In this document: piece after piece, positions 15,903-20,000 of the stretch
Numbering within the stretch: position 1 is the first letter of the stretch
How the letters are laid out: each line of letters begins with the position of its first letter
Virus record (IMG/VR): IMGVR_UViG_3300025809_000016
DNA length: 20,000 nt
DNA from: an uncultured virus (IMG/VR IMGVR_UViG_3300025809_000016)
Taxonomy: Duplodnaviria > Heunggongvirae > Uroviricota > Caudoviricetes
Reading direction: 5' to 3' (one strand)
The notes under the pieces: generated by a model
Seen by the model: only the letters and a program-made list of their open reading frames with translations
What the model was told of the DNA's origin: nothing
Database searches by the model: none
Made by a program: the position numbers and the translations under genes

Positions 15903-16518
15903 CACAAATTCAACCGCTACACCCGTACTTGTATCACCCCATACAAAACAACGGTGCAACTTCTGTCAGACCGATAAGCTCTTGAAGGAGTTTGGGAAAG
16001 ACGCGACAAAAAAATTGGGTTGCCGCAACAAATGCAAGGACTGCCACGCTCAGTATCTCAGAGATAGGCGAGAGAAGCATAAGAAACTCCCTCCAACTAC
16101 TTTGCCTTTTGCGTGCTCAACTTGTAAGGTTGTGCTTCCCTTGGAATCATTTAATAAGAACGCAGGAAATTTGAATGGCTATGCAAATGTTTGTAAGGAC
16201 TGCTCGAAGCCGTATAATCAGCACCAATCCTTCAAGAGGTACTCTGTGCGCCGTAAGAGGAAGCAGACGACACTAGTGAAACGTTTTTGTACGAGGTATG
16301 GATGCTCTGTGTGCTCTTATAAAGACAACCCAGCCGCATTGAACCTTTATTCTCCTACAACCCATAAACACATCTCAACAGTGGGCAGTGTTGACAACTT
16401 GAAGAAAGATATCAGGTCATATACTGTGAGATGCCACAACTGCCAAGCAATCCATCTTGACTCTATACCAAGACCCGGTGAAAGAGAAACAAGTACGCAT
16501 AACCCATTCGTTCGATGA
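15892..16518 (+). CDS. Zn-finger repeat protein with degenerate HNH endonuclease domain
   Basis: Two CxxC...F......CKDC repeats, then CSVC.Y....AAL...CHNCQAIH, matching the phage HNH scaffold. AAGGA RBS. Confidence 0.75.
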   Translation: MMANTNSTATPVLVSPHTKQRCNFCQTDKLLKEFGKDATKKLGCRNKCKDCHAQYLRDRREKHKKLPPTTLPFACSTCKVVLPLESFNKNAGNLNGYANVCKDCSKPYNQHQSFKRYSVRRKRKQTTLVKRFCTRYGCSVCSYKDNPAALNLYSPTTHKHISTVGSVDNLKKDIRSYTVRCHNCQAIHLDSIPRPGERETSTHNPFVR

Positions 16519-16526
16519 GCATAGAT

Positions 16527-16564
16527 GCCCCTTATTGACATTCGTGTTGATGAGGGGCTTTTTA
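16527..16564 (+). terminator. Intrinsic terminator
   Basis: 14-bp stem GCCCCTTATTGACA / TGTTGATGAGGGGC (3 G-U pairs), TTCG loop, then TTTTTA. Confidence 0.85.
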
Positions 16565-16659
16565 TCGCAACATCAGTGGCACTAGTGACATCGGTGAAGA
16601 TACCGAAGGCGCGTCTAGCGACTGAGGGGAGTTTTTAGGTTTTGTTCGCGCACAGGAGT

Positions 16660-16676
16660 TTGATCACACTATAGAA
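16660..16676 (+). promoter_or_regulatory. Phage-specific promoter-like motif, copy 4
   Basis: TTGATCACACTATAGAA; the ACACTATAGAA core is identical to the SP6 promoter core. Confidence 0.72.
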
Positions 16677-16712
16677 CGTATTGATCACCCCTTGGTACGT
16701 ATGGCACTAAAA

Positions 16713-16729
16713 TTGATCACACTATAGAA
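16713..16729 (+). promoter_or_regulatory. Phage-specific promoter-like motif, copy 5
   Basis: TTGATCACACTATAGAA, identical to copy 4. A half copy TTGATCACCC lies between them at 16681. Confidence 0.72.
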
Positions 16730-16961
16730 AAACTTCTTGTTATTAATGCTATTAGTGTTATTAATGCACATATATGCCATTGATGACCTTAGGGGGTCTT
16801 ATAACTACCACCACCCTCAATGTCATATATGAAGTTGATCGTTCTTATCCCCTATACCCTATACCATAACCCAATAAAGCCTAGATGCTATAATGACTTA
16901 GAGATCCCCACAAGTGTTTCTCTAAACCACAATCCCCCCCTTCCTTAAAAAGGATAACCTT

Positions 16962-17636
16962 ATGTTTAACTTTGATGGTGCAGATATAGCAACAATCATA
17001 AGTGCAATATTGGGATTAGTGGGTGCCGTTGCAGCTACCCTATTCGGTAAGAAACATCTAGAGAAGAAGGAAGAACTGATTTCTGCTCTCCAAGCCCCTA
17101 CTACAATAGACCACTCCACCTTGTCAGATTTCTTACAAGAGTGGGAAGAATTAGAAGCAAGTGTAAATCATCTTATAAATAACTCAGCGATAGATGCTGT
17201 AGTGATTTCAAAAGCATTTACTATGCCCGGAGGTACCAGTCTTGTTTGGGGTGCCTCTGTCCACTCAACCCCGCCTTATGACAGTTATCTGTCCTTGAAG
17301 GTAGAAAGAGTTGAGCTTGACCAAAGATACAAAGATATAATCGAGGCAGTATGTATGAAAGGCCACTATGTCATTGTTACCAAAGATGAACCAGAAAGCC
17401 TACTTAAAACCAGATACGAAGCAGCTGACATCGCTTTCAGCTCTTGGTTTCATGTTATCGACGAAGATGTCCTCCACGATGTCTCTGTGACTACTACTAT
17501 CGGTTTCCTCAGTCGCGACAAATTCTACAACCCATTTGATAAGTTCCTACTAGCTAGGTGCCAGTCTATTGCTTCACGGGTGAAAGTTGCCGCACTTACA
17601 TTTAACCCTAAAGGACGTATTAGACATGGATATTAA
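16962..17636 (+). CDS. N-terminally anchored membrane protein, candidate holin
   Basis: One TM (IATIISAILGLVGAVAATLFG) + KKH, followed by a ~185-aa alpha/beta soluble domain. AAGGA RBS. The holin call is inference. Confidence 0.5.
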   Translation: MFNFDGADIATIISAILGLVGAVAATLFGKKHLEKKEELISALQAPTTIDHSTLSDFLQEWEELEASVNHLINNSAIDAVVISKAFTMPGGTSLVWGASVHSTPPYDSYLSLKVERVELDQRYKDIIEAVCMKGHYVIVTKDEPESLLKTRYEAADIAFSSWFHVIDEDVLHDVSVTTTIGFLSRDKFYNPFDKFLLARCQSIASRVKVAALTFNPKGRIRHGY

Positions 17637-17907
17637 CTTCTTAGTGGCTATCGGTGGATGGCTCCTGTCTTTCGGACTTGTGTGCGCACAAGCTACCTAT
17701 TGGTGGTGGAACCGCGAAGAAGAAGACATGCACCAAAGAATATGGACTCAAATAGTCGCTCTTGATATGAAGGTCTCCCACAACTATGACGCAGTGAAAG
17801 GTATCAGAGAGGCCAATCGTAAGAAAGCTCTCGAAGATAGGATACCTGCTAACATACGAGATCTCTCCAAAGATGAGATCGTTGCGCTGTGTAACAAATA
17901 CTTATAA
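17626..17907 (+). CDS. Single-pass membrane protein, candidate i-spanin
   Basis: ATG 17626 with AAGGA RBS. N-terminal TM, helical C-terminus, Cys near the end. Confidence 0.5.
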   Translation: MDINFLVAIGGWLLSFGLVCAQATYWWWNREEEDMHQRIWTQIVALDMKVSHNYDAVKGIREANRKKALEDRIPANIRDLSKDEIVALCNKYL

Positions 17908-17923
17908 CTCAAGGAAAACAAAA

Positions 17924-18121
17924 ATGTACTACTTAAGACTAATAACACTGACCCTCGCGCTTGGTCTCTTAGCTTCTTGTGCTGCCTCACGTGGCACTCT
18001 TGAAACTATGGCTCTCGAATGTGGCGATGTCAAATATGAAGCGATAGTACCATTCTTCGGTTCGTTCTCATACGGACGTACAAGAGATTGTGCTACGCCA
18101 GAAGCTGCCAAGGAGGGCTAA
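17924..18121 (+). CDS. Lipoprotein, candidate o-spanin
   Basis: MYYLRLITLTLALGLLAS-C lipobox, AAGGA RBS, two further Cys. Confidence 0.65.
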   Translation: MYYLRLITLTLALGLLASCAASRGTLETMALECGDVKYEAIVPFFGSFSYGRTRDCATPEAAKEG

Positions 18122-18484
18122 ATGTCCTTCTACCACTTCACAAGATTGGTAGTTGAAGCTCCTCAAGACAAGCCTGACGCTTGGATCCTCTTTGAACCTC
18201 TTATCGTCCTAAAAGACGATGAGGTGTTAATGGAAGTTCCAGTCGGGTTTGTTACGGATCTTGCAAGTCTACCACGAGGGATACGAAGCATTTATTCGAG
18301 AACAGGACGCTCTCGGTATGCCTCCGTAATCCACGATTACCTATATAGCATCAAGTGGTCAACTCGGAAAGAGTGCGACAAGATGTTCAAAGAACTATTA
18401 ATAGCCTCGGGCGTAAGTCGATTCCGTGCTCAGACCTTCTACATGGGTGTCAGAGCTGGAGGATGGACACGCGGACGATGGTAG
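18122..18484 (+). CDS. DUF1353 family protein
   Basis: VPVGFVTDLASLPR, ASVIHDYLY, RKECDKMF, FYMGVRAGG. Confidence 0.88.
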   Translation: MSFYHFTRLVVEAPQDKPDAWILFEPLIVLKDDEVLMEVPVGFVTDLASLPRGIRSIYSRTGRSRYASVIHDYLYSIKWSTRKECDKMFKELLIASGVSRFRAQTFYMGVRAGGWTRGRW

Positions 18485-18531
18485 TACACACCCTTAACCA
18501 CTCACTAAGTCAACACGAAAAGGTATTACAA

Positions 18532-19239
18532 ATGGGCAAGCAGAGAATGAAGAAAGAGAAGAAATTTAAGAAGGAAACTAAGGTTTACCAGACAGAACAC
18601 AAAGTACAACCTATCCTTCCTCAAACCCGCAACCAGCAGGACCTCATCGACGCGATTAACTTTAACGATCAAGTTATCTCTACGGGCTCCGCAGGAACAG
18701 GTAAAACCTTCATCTCAGCAGGTATGGCAGCAGATTGGTATGCTCAACGTGCTAGCCGTAGAATAATCATCACGAGGCCAATGGTGCCAGTCGGAGAAGA
18801 CATGGGTCATCTCCCCGGTGATGTAAATGAAAAGACAGTACCGTGGGCTCTCCCTGTCCTTGACGTTATCAAGCAAAGGGTTGGTGAAAACAAACTTAAG
18901 TGTGACCTAGGTAAATCGATCGAGATCGTTCCACTCCAGATGATGAGAGGGCGTACATTTGATGACGCTTGGATCCTCGCTGATGAGTGCCAGAACCTCT
19001 CAATCCCACAAGCAAAGATGCTCATTACTCGCATCGGCACTAACTCTAAATTACTAATAAATGGCGATCTGAAGCAGAAAGATATCCCGATGGTCTCAGG
19101 CCTTTCGTGGTTGCTTCAGCAAGTCGAACGGTATGATCTCCCAGTACCCGTAGTCGAATTCACGCTAGACGATTGTCAAAGAAGTGACACTTGTAAAATG
19201 TGGCTCGAAGTTATGGAAGCTGAAGACAACCGAACCTAA
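18532..19239 (+). CDS. phoH: PhoH-family ATPase
   Basis: GSAGTGKT, IIITRP, GHLPGD, MRGRTF, ILADECQN, TRIG, NGDLKQKD. True start is probably ATG 18532 (AAGGT RBS). Confidence 0.95.
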   Translation: MGKQRMKKEKKFKKETKVYQTEHKVQPILPQTRNQQDLIDAINFNDQVISTGSAGTGKTFISAGMAADWYAQRASRRIIITRPMVPVGEDMGHLPGDVNEKTVPWALPVLDVIKQRVGENKLKCDLGKSIEIVPLQMMRGRTFDDAWILADECQNLSIPQAKMLITRIGTNSKLLINGDLKQKDIPMVSGLSWLLQQVERYDLPVPVVEFTLDDCQRSDTCKMWLEVMEAEDNRT

Positions 19240-19265
19240 CCCAACCTAATTCAAGGAACACACTA

Positions 19266-19559
19266 ATGTCAAGCTATACAACTATAACCACAAACGGTTT
19301 CCACCCTCTTATCAAAACTGGCGGATCTGACTCCGTAGTAATCATCGTTGCCCTCGCTGCTAATCTCGGTGGTGGAACGGTAACCCTTTCTGCCCATTCC
19401 GATTCCGCTGATCCTGCCACTGTAGAACTTCTCACTGATGGCGCAGCTATTGCTGGTTTCCAGAAGCACGTAGCAGTCGGAAGAGACATGGTATTCGGCG
19501 TAACGGTAGCAGGAAGTACTGCTGCAAGCATAGGTATCACTGTTGCCCTTGCTGACTAA
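19266..19559 (+). CDS. Small beta-rich putative virion protein
   Basis: Gly/Ala/Thr/Val-rich strands (LGGGTVTL; VTVAGSTAASIGITV), AAGGA RBS, immediately upstream of a fibre gene. Confidence 0.6.
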   Translation: MSSYTTITTNGFHPLIKTGGSDSVVIIVALAANLGGGTVTLSAHSDSADPATVELLTDGAAIAGFQKHVAVGRDMVFGVTVAGSTAASIGITVALAD

Positions 19560-19583
19560 ATTCAATTCAAGGGAGTAAACAAC

Positions 19584-20000
19584 ATGATCAGATCATTAAT
19601 AAACGCCTTAATCAGGCCACTAATAGCAACTTTGGAGAACGCAGGCACAGGCGGGGGGAGTTTCCCGGTGAATCTCCTTAGCACACTGTTCAAATGGGCA
19701 GGACAAACCACTCTCGAAGCAGAGATAGGCGATGCTCCCACATTCACAAGAGCGACCACGGCTACCTTCACAGACTTCGAAGGTATAATCAGACCTGTCA
19801 AGAGTTCCGAACCAAGGTTTCAGGGTGCTAGGCGGGTAGAGAATCTGATGACTATTAACTCAGAGGATTTAACCGTTGTTGGGTATACAAAAGGTAATGG
19901 CGCGGTTGCTAGTAACGCTACTACAATGGTCTATGACGGCACACCCAACGGTTATATTTTTGAAAGTATGACAGTTCCTGCCAAGCCGTTAGGTTCAGGG
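19584..20000 (+). CDS. Virion fibre/spike protein, N-terminal part (runs off the window; not in ORF track)
   Basis: GGGAG RBS; frame is open to 20000: MIRSLINALIRPLIA...PTFTRATTATFTDFEGIIRPVKSSEPRFQGARRVENL. The TFTRAxxAT...PRF motif is typical of phage head/tail fibre proteins. Confidence 0.75.
   Translation, partial: MIRSLINALIRPLIATLENAGTGGGSFPVNLLSTLFKWAGQTTLEAEIGDAPTFTRATTATFTDFEGIIRPVKSSEPRFQGARRVENLMTINSEDLTVVGYTKGNGAVASNATTMVYDGTPNGYIFESMTVPAKPLGSG

Noticed and set aside
14953..16518. Group I intron hosting the endonucleases
   Set aside because: No interrupted host gene flanks them, each has its own RBS, and I could not recognise intron core elements.
18355..18531. N-terminal extension of PhoH
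   Set aside because: It overlaps DUF1353; ATG 18532 has an RBS and gives a normal PhoH length.
36..19801. All minus-strand ORFs and nested alternative-frame ORFs in the track (e.g. 938-1150, 3862-4173, 5192-5533, 15377-15577, 19269-19565, 19562-19801)
   Set aside because: They are shadows of well-supported + strand genes with no recognisable motifs.

Overview
This is a 20 kb segment of a dsDNA tailed-phage genome, with every credible gene on the + strand. The left part (1-13483) is a dense array of metabolic and accessory genes: class II B12-dependent ribonucleotide reductase, a MoxR-type AAA+ ATPase with a HExxH/vWA partner, a stand-alone NAD-ligase Ia domain, T4-type lysozyme, ClpP, a TerS-like protein, a minimal dihydroorotate dehydrogenase, a split C93/BTLCP-like cysteine peptidase, a thermonuclease and many tiny membrane ORFs. 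A ~1.45 kb repeat-rich non-coding block follows (13484-14952). The right part carries GIY-YIG/NUMOD3 and degenerate HNH endonuclease genes, a second non-coding block, candidate holin/spanin genes, DUF1353, PhoH and the start of a virion fibre gene. The most striking unannotated signal is a T7/SP6-style promoter-like motif, GATCAC(A/T)CTA(T/A)AGAA, in five intergenic copies. Two copies point away from each other (14160 on -, 16713 on +) and each heads a related 160-200 nt repeat-rich non-coding element. The G/C skew also flips across this region, suggesting a genome-end junction or replication/packaging control region. All family calls come from motif recognition by eye; no database searches were run.
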